Part shown: positions 1 through 8,670 of the stretch, piece after piece | Numbering within the stretch: position 1 is the stretch's first letter | Layout of the letters: each line of letters begins with the position of its first letter | NCBI GenBank assembly: GCA_043750125.1 | Contig: JAYVCD010000188.1 | Coordinates: 1 to 37,307, forward strand | DNA from: Archangiaceae bacterium | GTDB lineage: Bacteria > Myxococcota > Myxococcia > Myxococcales > Myxococcaceae | Reading direction: 5' to 3' | Length of the DNA stretch: 37,307 nt | Program-made: the position numbers and the translations under genes | Notes under the pieces: model-generated | What the model was told of the DNA's origin: nothing | The model's database searches: none | The model's input: only the letters and a program-made list of their open reading frames with translations

Positions 1-2
1 AA

Positions 3-2393
3 TTTTCAGAATGGGAACCGATCCTGGGTCAGCTCCTGGAGCAAGCTCCGGGCTTTTGGGCGGTCTTTGAAGGACCCCAACACATCTTCAAGTTGGCAAA
101 TCGCGCGTACCGCGGCCTGGTCGGCTCGCCGATCCTGATCGGTCAGCCGGTCCGCGGGGCTTTTCCCGAGCTCAAAAGCCACCCGCTGTTTGAACGCCTC
201 GACGAGGTCTACGCCACGGGGGTCCCCTACGAGGGACACCGCGTTCCCCTGAGGGTCCTCGACCCGAAGACCCAGGCCCCCCTCGAGCGCTTTCTGGATT
301 TCGTCTACCAGCCCGTCACCCGGGGCGACGGCACAATCATCGGGATCATCTGCGAAGGGCATGACGTGACGAGCCTGGTCCAGTCTGAGCAAAGCCTCGA
401 CGCCAAGGTGAAGCAGTTGGCGCTCGAACGGCAGATGTTCGACACCGCGCTCTCGTTCACCGAAGACTTCAATTACATCTTCGATACCCAGGGGCGCTTC
501 ACCTACGTCAACAAGGCCCTGCTCTCTTTGTGGGGGCTCACGCTGGACCAGGCGGTGGGGAAGACCTTCGCGGAATTGCCTTACGAGCCTGACCTGGCGC
601 GGACTCTGAGCGAAGAAGTTGCGACCGTTGTTCGAACCCGATCGCAGCTGCGCGCTCAGACGAAGTACCGCTCTCCAAACGGAAAAGACGGGTGGTACGA
701 ATACATTTTCAACCCGGTCTGCGACCCGTCGGGAACCGTCATCTTCGTGGCCGGTTCCACGCGCGATGTGAGCGCCCACATCAGACAGGAAGAAAAGTTG
801 CTCGGCCTGATGGCGGCCGAGCAGACGGCGCGCGCGGAAGCCAACCGCGACCGCAATCGGCTGCGTGCTCAGTTCATGCGCGCGCCGGTCGCCGTCTTCA
901 CCCTTCAAGGACCCGACCTGGTCTTCGAGCTCGCCAACCCGGCCTACGTGCAGATGGTGGGCGGGCGTCAGCTCGAAGGAAAAACATTCCGGGACGCCTT
1001 CCCTGAAGTGCCCGACGATGCGCCGGTATTCCAGATGATGAAAGACGTCTTTCGAACCGGAAAGACCTTCGTTGCCGACGAATATCGTGTGGCCTTGACC
1101 CGAATCGGTGGCGAGCCCACCGATGCCTATTTTTTGTTCACCTGTCAGGCCATCTACGACGCGACCGGACGGGTGGAAGGGGTGATGGGAGTCGCAGTCG
1201 ACGTGACCGCCCATGTCGTCGCACGAAAGACGGTCGAAGCCCTGATGATCGAGCTTCGGCAAGCCGACCAGCGCAAGGACGAGTTCCTCGCGATGTTGGG
1301 GCATGAGCTGCGCAATCCGCTCAATGCGCTGACCACCGCGCTCGCGCTGGGGGAAAGAAACAGAGCCGGAGCAGGTCCGGACCTCGAGGCCAGTCGGCTG
1401 CGCGAGATCTGCACCCGGCAAGTGCGAAACCTCGTTCACATGGTGGACGACCTGCTCGACGTCTCACGAATCTCGAGCGGCAATGTGGTCCTTCGCAAGC
1501 AGCCCCTGCACCTGGAAGAGGTCGTTCGCAGCGCGATGGAATCGACCCGGTCGATCTTTCAGGCCCGAAACCACGCGCTGTCACTTCAGATCGCCCCCGG
1601 GCCCTACTTCATCGAGGCCGATTCGACCCGGCTGGAACAGGTCTTGTCCAACCTGCTGCTCAATGCGGCGAAGTACACTCCCCCGGGAGGGCAGATTGCG
1701 CTGAGGATCACCCGCGAAGCCGTCGGTCAGTCGCCGTGGGCCACGATTCGAATCACTGACAATGGGGTGGGCATTGCTCCCGAGATGTTGAGTCGGGTGT
1801 TTGATCTCTTCGTGCAGGCCGACAACTCTCTCGAGCGCACCGCGGGCGGCCTCGGCATCGGCCTGACCCTCGTCAAAGGGCTGGTCGAGATGCACGGCGG
1901 GACGGTCACCGCGAGCAGCGCTGGGCTGGGGGCCGGCAGCCAGTTTTCCGTTCGACTGCCCTTGAACGATGGGCTGTTCGGCTCGAATGCTGCGTCGCCC
2001 CCCGCCGGTTCCCATGCGACTGCAGAACGCCGAAGGGTGCTGCTGGTCGAGGATTCAGAGGACGCCCGCGAGACCTTCCGGCTCTTGCTCGAGGACATGG
2101 GCCATGAAGTCGCCGTCGCCGAAGACGGCTTGCAGGCGGTCAAGATGTTGCTCGAGGTTCTTCCCGATGTGGCGTTGGTCGATGTCGGGCTGCCGGGCAT
2201 CGACGGCTACGAAGTGGCGCGGCGCGTTCGTGCCGAGCCGAAGGGGCGTGAGCTCTACCTCGTGGCGCTGACCGGGTACGGGGGGCCCGAAGCCCAGGCC
2301 AAAGCCCGGAACGCGGGCTTCGACCTGCACGTCGTCAAGCCGATCGACCTCGACAACCTCGACGCGATTCTCAAGCGACCCGCCCCGAAATGA
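3..2393 (+). CDS. Multi-PAS hybrid sensor histidine kinase/response regulator (PAS x3-HisKA-HATPase-REC); 5' end lies outside the window
   Basis: The frame is open from the window start (FSEWEPILGQLLEQAPGFWAVFEGPQHIFKLANRAY...). It has an H-box EFLAMLGHELRNPL, N-box NLLLNAAKYT, G-boxes DNGVGI and GGLGIGL, and a C-terminal receiver (LLVEDS...LVDVGLPGIDG...KP). Confidence 0.93.
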   Translation, partial: FSEWEPILGQLLEQAPGFWAVFEGPQHIFKLANRAYRGLVGSPILIGQPVRGAFPELKSHPLFERLDEVYATGVPYEGHRVPLRVLDPKTQAPLERFLDFVYQPVTRGDGTIIGIICEGHDVTSLVQSEQSLDAKVKQLALERQMFDTALSFTEDFNYIFDTQGRFTYVNKALLSLWGLTLDQAVGKTFAELPYEPDLARTLSEEVATVVRTRSQLRAQTKYRSPNGKDGWYEYIFNPVCDPSGTVIFVAGSTRDVSAHIRQEEKLLGLMAAEQTARAEANRDRNRLRAQFMRAPVAVFTLQGPDLVFELANPAYVQMVGGRQLEGKTFRDAFPEVPDDAPVFQMMKDVFRTGKTFVADEYRVALTRIGGEPTDAYFLFTCQAIYDATGRVEGVMGVAVDVTAHVVARKTVEALMIELRQADQRKDEFLAMLGHELRNPLNALTTALALGERNRAGAGPDLEASRLREICTRQVRNLVHMVDDLLDVSRISSGNVVLRKQPLHLEEVVRSAMESTRSIFQARNHALSLQIAPGPYFIEADSTRLEQVLSNLLLNAAKYTPPGGQIALRITREAVGQSPWATIRITDNGVGIAPEMLSRVFDLFVQADNSLERTAGGLGIGLTLVKGLVEMHGGTVTASSAGLGAGSQFSVRLPLNDGLFGSNAASPPAGSHATAERRRVLLVEDSEDARETFRLLLEDMGHEVAVAEDGLQAVKMLLEVLPDVALVDVGLPGIDGYEVARRVRAEPKGRELYLVALTGYGGPEAQAKARNAGFDLHVVKPIDLDNLDAILKRPAPK

Positions 2394-2520
2394 GCCGCTG
2401 AAGAGCCCCAGTCTGTTCAACTCGACCGACGGGCGGTCGCCAGGCCCTCAGTTGAATACGGAACGGGTTTGGGTCATCAGTGGCCGGCCTCGCCCCCCTG
2501 CCCGTTTCGGAGCCCGTTTC

Positions 2521-2852
2521 ATGAACAGCCGCCTGCTGATGCTCGCTTTGTCACTGCTGCCTTCTTTCGTGTTTGCACAAGGCGAGGACGACGTAGACGT
2601 GGGCGCGTCGATGCCCGGGGTGAACGTCAACATTCGAGTCAAAGGCAGCGGGAAGGACTCGGTGGCTGAAGCCACGAGACATGAAGAACAGAAGGGAGAG
2701 GGCTACCGCATTGTCTGGGACACCGACCCGACAAGCTCAATGCCCTGAAGCTGCTCGCGCCACGCCTCACCGACCGGCAGAACAAGTTCAAGATCTACAA
2801 AGCCTTCGATTTCGACGCGAGCCGCGACCAGGCGAAGAAGATCTTGAAGTGA
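2521..2852 (+). pseudogene. Internally deleted secreted protein with a DUF4476-like C-terminus
   Basis: ATG 2521 starts a signal peptide (MNSRLLMLALSLLPSFVFAQ) and this frame stops at 2748. A different frame from 2730 encodes DKLNALKLLAPRLTDRQNKFKIYKAFDFDASRDQAKKILK*, which resembles the end of DUF4476 domains. The middle is missing. Confidence 0.6.
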
Positions 2853-2912
2853 AGGCTCAGGTCCAGCGCCGATAGCGCCCGCCGAGCCCGGGCGCGCGAT
2901 CTAACCAGACCC

Positions 2913-3375
2913 ATGGCTGCCAACAGTCGCTTCGCCACCGCCATTCACGTGCTGGTCCTGCTCGCGCAGTCCGGCAAGGCCCACCAATCTTCGGCGAAGC
3001 TGGCGGCTTCGGTGAATACCCACCCCGTGCTGGTGCGCAAGCTGTTGGGGTCAGCTGAAAGTCGCTGGGCTGGTAAAAGTCGCGCCGGGCCGCGGCGGAG
3101 GTGTGCTGCTGTCCAGGGCCGCCCGGACAATCACCCTCTGCGAAGTTCGAGCGGCGGTCGACTGCGGAGGAGCCTTCGCGTTGAACCCCGCTCCGGTGAA
3201 TCGCAAGTGCCCCACCAGCCGACAGATGAAACAGACGCTGGTGATCGCGTTCGGCAAACTGTTCCTTTCAAACCCGACGCTGGTGACCAAGCTGAGCCAG
3301 GGGGCTGCTCTGACCCCGCCCGACATGGCGACGTTCTATACCCCGGGCGAGAAGGGCTACACCGACTACCCGTAA
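2913..3375 (+). pseudogene. Frameshifted Rrf2-family regulator fused to the last ~40 codons of an Old Yellow Enzyme (NemA-like alkene reductase)
   Basis: Rrf2 start MAANSRFATAIHVLVLLA...LAASVNTHPVLVRKLLG. Removing one G from GGGG (3047-3050) restores QLKVAGLVKVAPGRGGGVLLSRAARTITLCEV. From ~3241 the frame reads IAFGKLFLSNPTLV...TFYTPGEKGYTDYP*, a typical OYE C-terminus. Confidence 0.8.
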
Positions 3376-3381
3376 GTCCCT

Positions 3382-3826
3382 TCAGTGCGGAAGGGGCACC
3401 AGCTCGAGCACCGCGGGGGGTCAGCGCCGTGGCTCCCGTCTTCAGGGTCCGTTCTTTGTCCGGAGCAAACAGCGCCGCGTGCATCACCGCGACCTTCTGC
3501 CCGTCATCGCCGATTGCCTTCTGCTTGCTCGCGTAGGACAGGCCCGTCTTTTCGTCGACCGGCAACCCATCGAGGTCCGTTCGCACCAGCACCGTCGGCC
3601 CTTCGCCATTCTTCAAGACCGCGACGAGGCCGAACCCGCCGACCCGGGTGGTGACGGTGAAGCCCAACTTCTTCATTCGTTCGGCGAGCAGCGCGGCCGT
3701 CTTCTCTTCGTGGCCCGACAGCTCAGGTTGTTGGTGCAGCTGAACGTACAGCGCGTCGAGATCCGGGTAGAGGACGTCGACGGGCGGTGCGGCGCTGAGC
3801 AGCAACAACAGGGTCGGGGCGAGCAT
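3382..3826 (-). pseudogene. Internally deleted M20D amidohydrolase (signal-peptide bearing)
   Basis: N-terminal motifs are present (LHQQPELSGHEEKTA, NGEGPTVLVRTDLDGLPV). The conserved MHACGHD is cut at VMHA and joined in frame to the C-terminal ALFAPDKERTLKTG. A +1 shift in the G6 run (3415-3420) precedes AVLELVPLPH* (stop 3382-3384). Confidence 0.85.
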
Positions 3827-4122
3827 GACCCCCGCACGTATCGCTTCGCCTCGAGGCTGTCTTGCGCCTTCAGCCCGTCGCGACGCGCAGGGGCCGAACG
3901 GGAAGCTCGAACGGAACTTCCGACTTGCCGAACGTGAGCTCGATCGTCCGACGCCAATACTTCGCTCCCAACCGCAGCGCCTGGGTCTTTGCGCCCGGCA
4001 CTCGCCTCACCACCGGGTCGATGCGGCTGACCATCGCGCGCAGCAGCTTCGGGGCCAGATGGCGGCTCGGCGCTCAATCACCTCAAGCACCGACCCCGGT
4101 TTTGCGAGTAGAAGGCAGGTCC

Positions 4123-5289
4123 GTGGACGAGCCGACCCTCAACTTCGCGACCGGCCTGTTCGAGCAATGGGCAGCGGGAAATTGGGCGACCGACACAGTC
4201 GTTCCTCCCGGAGCTGAACGGCTCTTCGCGGCGGCGACCGCGGCCGTCACCCGTGCGCGAGACGAAGAGCGTGAGAAGGCCGCCGCGCTCGAGGGGGCGA
4301 TCGCGATCGCCGCCGAATCGCTGGCGGGGCTCGTCACCCAGGGCGACCTGACCCAGAGCGCGATCGCCACCCTTTCGACCTCGCCCGGCTTGACCGCGCT
4401 GTATGTCGCGGTGAACCAATCGGCCCAGCTGCTGCGCGAGTTCGTGCAGAGCATCAAGGTCGCCGCCACCGAACTGGGCACCGGAAGTCGCGCGACGCAT
4501 ACGTTGCTCGAGCAGAACTCCGAGGTGATCCACGCCCAGGCTTCGACCTCGAAAGAGCTGGCCGCGACGCTGTCGCAGCTCAACGGCTCATCGGCAGAGA
4601 TCGCGCGCAGCTCGGCGACGGTGGCCGCGCTGTCGAAGCAATCGCAGCTGGCCTCGACGGCAGGAAGCACCGCGGTTCAGGACTTTTCGGTGTTGATGAG
4701 CGAGGTCGAAGACAACGCAGCGTTGGTCGACACCGCCGTCGGTTCGCTGAGCAAATCGGTTCAGCAGATCGACGCGGTCATTCAACTGATTACCGAAGTC
4801 GCCGACCGTTCGGACATGCTGGCGCTCAACGCCGCGCTCGAAGCCGCGCGGGCGGGAACGGCAGGCAAAGGGTTTGCGATCGTCGCCGACGAGATGCGGC
4901 GGTTGTCGGCGCGGGTGCTGAGCAGTGCGAGCGAGGTCTCGAAGCTGGTCACCGCGGTTCGCCTGGCGACCGAGAACGTGCGCGAGCGCGCGGGGGCAAA
5001 CATCGAAGTCGCGGCCCGGGGCCATGCACGGGCCATCGCGGCCCTCGAACACCTGGGCGGAATCATCGCGGCGGTGCACGAGACGGCGATGGCCGCCGAG
5101 CTGATTTCACACGCGACCGGGCAGCAACGCTTTGCCACCACCGAGGCGGCCCGGGCGATCAACGAGCTGTCGGAAGAAGTGCGATTGATCGCCGCCGGGA
5201 CGAAGACGACCCTCGCCTCGGCTGAGAGGGTCGCTTCGGTCTCGACGTGGATGCAGAAGCTGGTTCAGCGCTTCTTCGTCGGCGACTGA
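4123..5289 (+). CDS. Cytoplasmic methyl-accepting chemotaxis protein, FrzCD-like (orphan)
   Basis: MCP signalling hairpin VADRSDMLALNAALEAARAGTAGKGFAIVADEMRRLS, with no transmembrane segment. Segments LAGLVTQGDL, LLREFVQSI and LVQRF resemble M. xanthus FrzCD as recalled. GTG 4123 is preferred as start; the ORF is open back to 3862. Confidence 0.85.
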   Translation: MDEPTLNFATGLFEQWAAGNWATDTVVPPGAERLFAAATAAVTRARDEEREKAAALEGAIAIAAESLAGLVTQGDLTQSAIATLSTSPGLTALYVAVNQSAQLLREFVQSIKVAATELGTGSRATHTLLEQNSEVIHAQASTSKELAATLSQLNGSSAEIARSSATVAALSKQSQLASTAGSTAVQDFSVLMSEVEDNAALVDTAVGSLSKSVQQIDAVIQLITEVADRSDMLALNAALEAARAGTAGKGFAIVADEMRRLSARVLSSASEVSKLVTAVRLATENVRERAGANIEVAARGHARAIAALEHLGGIIAAVHETAMAAELISHATGQQRFATTEAARAINELSEEVRLIAAGTKTTLASAERVASVSTWMQKLVQRFFVGD

Positions 5290-5297
5290 AAAAAAAT

Positions 5298-6338
5298 CTA
5301 CGGCTCGACCTTCACCCGAATCTCACCGCTGGCCACCCCGTTGGCGATCGCCTCGAACAGGGTCCCGCGCAACGCATAGCCTTCGCCGCTGGTGATCCAC
5401 CCCGCCTCTTCGAGCAGGGCCACCGAGTCCTGGGTGGCCTCGCCTTCGCCCCCGATGGCGAGCAAGTCGACCACGGTGCGCTCGCCTGGGCTCATCGCCG
5501 TCGCCAGCACGCGAAGGTAGTTTTCAACCACCGCCTGCCCTTCTTCCTGCGCGGTGAGCACGTCGAGATTCAGCAGCGCCTCGACCTTGTCCACCCCGAC
5601 CTCGCCCGCGAAGTCGTCGGGCAACGTGCGCACGGCGAGCAGACACAGCGTCAGCAATTCCCACGGGCGGTGACCCGAGACCTGCGCGAGGGCGTCGGCC
5701 GCTTCGACCGAGAACCGCGCGTTGAGTTTCTCGCAAGGCGCGTTCACCAGGGTGACCGCCTCTTCGTCGCTCAGCACCGGCACCGCGAACGTGACCACGT
5801 CGGGGCGCGAGAGCAGCAAGTCGCCAAAGGCCCCGTCGAGCTCGTGGTGACGGTGAGCGACCAGCGCCAGGTGCACGTTCTTCGGAGCGCTGAACAACAC
5901 TCCGAACAGCGCGGTCATTGCCTCGGGGCCGAGATCTTTGAGCACGATCAGCTCGTCGACCCCGACGAAGATTGCCGCCTCGAGCTCGCCCAACGCGGCC
6001 CACGGGTTGTTCGCGTCGACGGCCACCGATTCGGCGCCGACCCGCTTGAGAAATTTCTCGACCGAGCTCTTCAGCAGCGCGCGCACGCTTTCAGGCGAAG
6101 CCTTGTCGGCATCGCGCAGGTCGATGAAGAACGCAGCGCCTCCGGTGCGGGCGCAGGCGGCCTTGAGCGCTCCTTTGAGCAGCTCGGTCTTTCCAATTCG
6201 CCAGAAGCCACGAATGGCGACGTGCCGGCCGCCGGTCAACGACTTGGCGACTTCATCTTCCAATGCGCGTCGCGCCCGCCAGGCTTCTGGCAATTCGTAG
6301 ACGGCCTTCTCGTACTGCTCGACAAGTGGATGAGGCAT
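5298..6338 (-). CDS. STAND-like P-loop ATPase (ATPase plus helical/winged-helix region, no effector domain)
   Basis: Walker A GFWRIGKT, Walker B IFVGVDE and a GxP-like motif SGHRPW. ATG 6338 lies 7 nt downstream of the preceding gene's stop. Confidence 0.75.
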   Translation of the reverse strand: MPHPLVEQYEKAVYELPEAWRARRALEDEVAKSLTGGRHVAIRGFWRIGKTELLKGALKAACARTGGAAFFIDLRDADKASPESVRALLKSSVEKFLKRVGAESVAVDANNPWAALGELEAAIFVGVDELIVLKDLGPEAMTALFGVLFSAPKNVHLALVAHRHHELDGAFGDLLLSRPDVVTFAVPVLSDEEAVTLVNAPCEKLNARFSVEAADALAQVSGHRPWELLTLCLLAVRTLPDDFAGEVGVDKVEALLNLDVLTAQEEGQAVVENYLRVLATAMSPGERTVVDLLAIGGEGEATQDSVALLEEAGWITSGEGYALRGTLFEAIANGVASGEIRVKVEP

Positions 6339-6345
6339 AGAACCT

Positions 6346-6987
6346 TTAGTGCAGTGCACCGCTCTTCTCGTGGGTCGGCGCAGAGCGCACCGCTTTGGCA
6401 CGCCGGGTCTTCATCCGTACCACTCCGGTGAACAAATGGGCTTCGGTATAAATGCGTCGTGCGCTCGCCTTTTCTCCTGGCATCCAGGCCGAGGGCCGTT
6501 CGAGCCATTGCAGCACGCGCACGTCTCCATCGTAGGCGAACGGAGCGAGGATCTCGGCGGGCAGGCCTTTCCACAGTCGACGCTCGAGGGGGCGAAACTT
6601 CGCCTCGAAGCGGTGGCCCATCGCGGTGTGGCGCCGGCTGGAATCGAGGGTTCCGTCGAACGCGGTCGAGATGTGAAAGAGCTCGTGGAGCACGGTTGCG
6701 ACCCGTTCCCGCGCGCTGCTGGCCCGAAAAAACAAAGGGCGAAGGGTCACGCAATACAGCATCCGCTTGCCTTCGATTTTGACCAGCGGCTTGTACCGGC
6801 CCATCGCATCGGTGCGAATTCCCCGGGCAAAGGCCAGAGGCTTCACGGTCGCGTGCGAGGCACGGCGGGCGTCTCCAGCGACGACGAGTATGCGCGAGGG
6901 CTCGAGGTGCGCGAACTCGGGCATCGTCTTCGCGACGTGCCTCAACAAGCGTCGAATCGAGCGATTGAAATCAGGTCGAGAGGGCAC
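6346..6987 (-). CDS. Putative HExxH zinc metallopeptidase (phage metallopeptidase-like)
   Basis: Zincin motif in TVLHELFHI with a downstream His (RRHTAMG). Basic and lacks a signal peptide. GTG 6987 is the probable start. Confidence 0.7.
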   Translation of the reverse strand: MPSRPDFNRSIRRLLRHVAKTMPEFAHLEPSRILVVAGDARRASHATVKPLAFARGIRTDAMGRYKPLVKIEGKRMLYCVTLRPLFFRASSARERVATVLHELFHISTAFDGTLDSSRRHTAMGHRFEAKFRPLERRLWKGLPAEILAPFAYDGDVRVLQWLERPSAWMPGEKASARRIYTEAHLFTGVVRMKTRRAKAVRSAPTHEKSGALH

Positions 6988-7072
6988 GGCGATTGTCACA
7001 ACGAAAACGAGATTAGGGCGAAGTGCCCACGTTGTCGTGGTCGGCAAACAATCCTGCTAAGCGGACGGCCCA

Positions 7073-7837
7073 ATGAGAAGCCTCGTGCTCTTTTCGCTCT
7101 CGACCCTGATCGCCTGCGGCAGTCCTCCCAAGCCGGTCGACGCCGGAATTCCAATCGATACCCGCTGCGGAATCGATTGCGCTGCCCAGAAAAGCTACGG
7201 GCTGCTGCTCAACACCTGCTTCGAATATGCAGACGGGCCGGTGGCGACGGATCCTCCGGCGATCGGAGTCTTCGTGCGCGAAGTGTTCACGCTCGAGGGC
7301 GGAGTGAAGACCCTGTCGGTCGAGTACAGCAGCGGCGGGCAGAAGAAGATGACCGACTCGTTTGGGATCGTGAACGGGACGCTGTTGCTGATGCGGCGCG
7401 AGTTCGCGGGGGGCCAATCGGTGACCTACCGCAATGCCACCACCGACATCGTCGGGGTCGGCTGGCTCGAACGAAACGCAGGCGTGGGCAGCAACGTGGA
7501 GACGACGGTCAGCGCCGATGTCCTTCGGACCGGAGGCAGCCGGATGAGCGAGGCGACCACCTACCGGGTGACCCTGGCGGCGGCTTCCGACAGCCAGACC
7601 ACCGTCCCCGCGCAGGCCGGCCCGGTCGACGGCGGCTTGCAGATGCTGTTCAGCGAGAGTCCCAACCATGGAAGCGACGGGCTGCGGGTCTGGGTGCCCA
7701 ACCTGGGCTTCATCAACTTCTCTTCGACGTTCCTGCTGACCGGCGGCAGCTCGGTGCAGTACCGGCTGCAGCGGGTTCGCACCATCGACCCGGCCTCGGA
7801 CGCCGGCGAAAAACCTTGCAGCACGGGGACTCCATGA
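7073..7837 (+). CDS. Hypothetical lipoprotein (beta-rich)
   Basis: Lipobox LIAC after a hydrophobic stretch. The stop overlaps the next start (ATGA at 7834-7837). Confidence 0.8.
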   Translation: MRSLVLFSLSTLIACGSPPKPVDAGIPIDTRCGIDCAAQKSYGLLLNTCFEYADGPVATDPPAIGVFVREVFTLEGGVKTLSVEYSSGGQKKMTDSFGIVNGTLLLMRREFAGGQSVTYRNATTDIVGVGWLERNAGVGSNVETTVSADVLRTGGSRMSEATTYRVTLAAASDSQTTVPAQAGPVDGGLQMLFSESPNHGSDGLRVWVPNLGFINFSSTFLLTGGSSVQYRLQRVRTIDPASDAGEKPCSTGTP

Positions 7838-8658
7838 GTTGCGTTCGGTGGCTTGTTTGCGCGGTGTGCGTGGTCAGCGGGTGCAAGTCGGTCGAGGTGA
7901 AGTCCGACTTTGCGCAGCCGACGGTTCCGACCCAGGAGCTGGCGGTGGTGAGCCAGAGTCTCACCGAGTTCAAGCTGAAGTTCACCGGGAAGCTGCTTTC
8001 GACCGAGCCGGTGGTGATTGAGAAAGCGGTCTACGAGTTGGTGGTCGACGAGAAGGTCGTCAAGTCGGGCGAGATGCCGGTCAACGTGCAGGTGGCGGCC
8101 AACACCCCCACCGAGTTCACCCTCGAGCAGGCGTCGGCCTATGTGAAGAGCGCCGAAGAGCTGAAGGCGATGGACGCACGCGGGGGCTCGCTGCTGTGCG
8201 CGCTGCGCGGAAAGCTGGTCGTCAAGAGCGCCACCCGTACCGACCCGGTTCCGTTTGCGCGCAGCCACGACGTGCGGGTGCCGCGGCTTCCCCACGCGAG
8301 GTTCCAGGAATTGGAAGCCGGCCGTTACAGCGAGGACGAGACGGGCGTCACTTTTCACATCGGGGTCAACAACCCCAACCCGTTCGAAGTGAGGCTTTCG
8401 TCGATCAAATACACCATCGCCATCGCCGACAAGCCGGTCGCCGAGGGTGAAATCGGCAAAGGGGACAAGGTCAGCCCGTCCTCGACCGGGGTGTTCGACA
8501 TCGAGGCGAAGGTCACCTCAGAAACGCATGGCCCAGACGTGAAGAAGCTGATCAAGGGACGCACGATGTCGTACCTGATCAAAGGAGAGCTCGGAGCCGA
8601 GCTGTTCTCCGAGGCGTTCGAGTTCAAAGGCACCATCACCCTGCCCGCCTCGAAGTAG
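7834..8658 (+). CDS. LEA type 2 (WHy) family lipoprotein, probably two domains
   Basis: Lipobox VSGC and the LEA_2 motif IGVNNPNPFEVRLSSIKYTI. ATGA coupling with the upstream gene fixes the start. Confidence 0.8.
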   Translation: MSCVRWLVCAVCVVSGCKSVEVKSDFAQPTVPTQELAVVSQSLTEFKLKFTGKLLSTEPVVIEKAVYELVVDEKVVKSGEMPVNVQVAANTPTEFTLEQASAYVKSAEELKAMDARGGSLLCALRGKLVVKSATRTDPVPFARSHDVRVPRLPHARFQELEAGRYSEDETGVTFHIGVNNPNPFEVRLSSIKYTIAIADKPVAEGEIGKGDKVSPSSTGVFDIEAKVTSETHGPDVKKLIKGRTMSYLIKGELGAELFSEAFEFKGTITLPASK

Positions 8659-8670
8659 CTTTCCTTTTCC

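Noticed and set aside
6-1439. 477-aa minus-strand ORF and similar long antisense ORFs (5247-6431, 10135-11583, 12383-14251, 19723-20970, 26071-27552, 32860-33966, 35954-37249)
   Set aside because: These are shadow ORFs opposite well-supported genes, expected in high-GC DNA, and carry no motifs.
3862-4122. 87-aa N-terminal extension of the MCP
   Set aside because: It looks non-coding and FrzCD-like similarity begins after GTG 4123. Not formally excluded.
6349-7833. N-terminal ~495 aa of the 769-aa ORF 6349-8658
   Set aside because: It overlaps the metallopeptidase (antisense) and the 7073 lipoprotein (other frame). The real gene starts at ATG 7834 with a lipobox.
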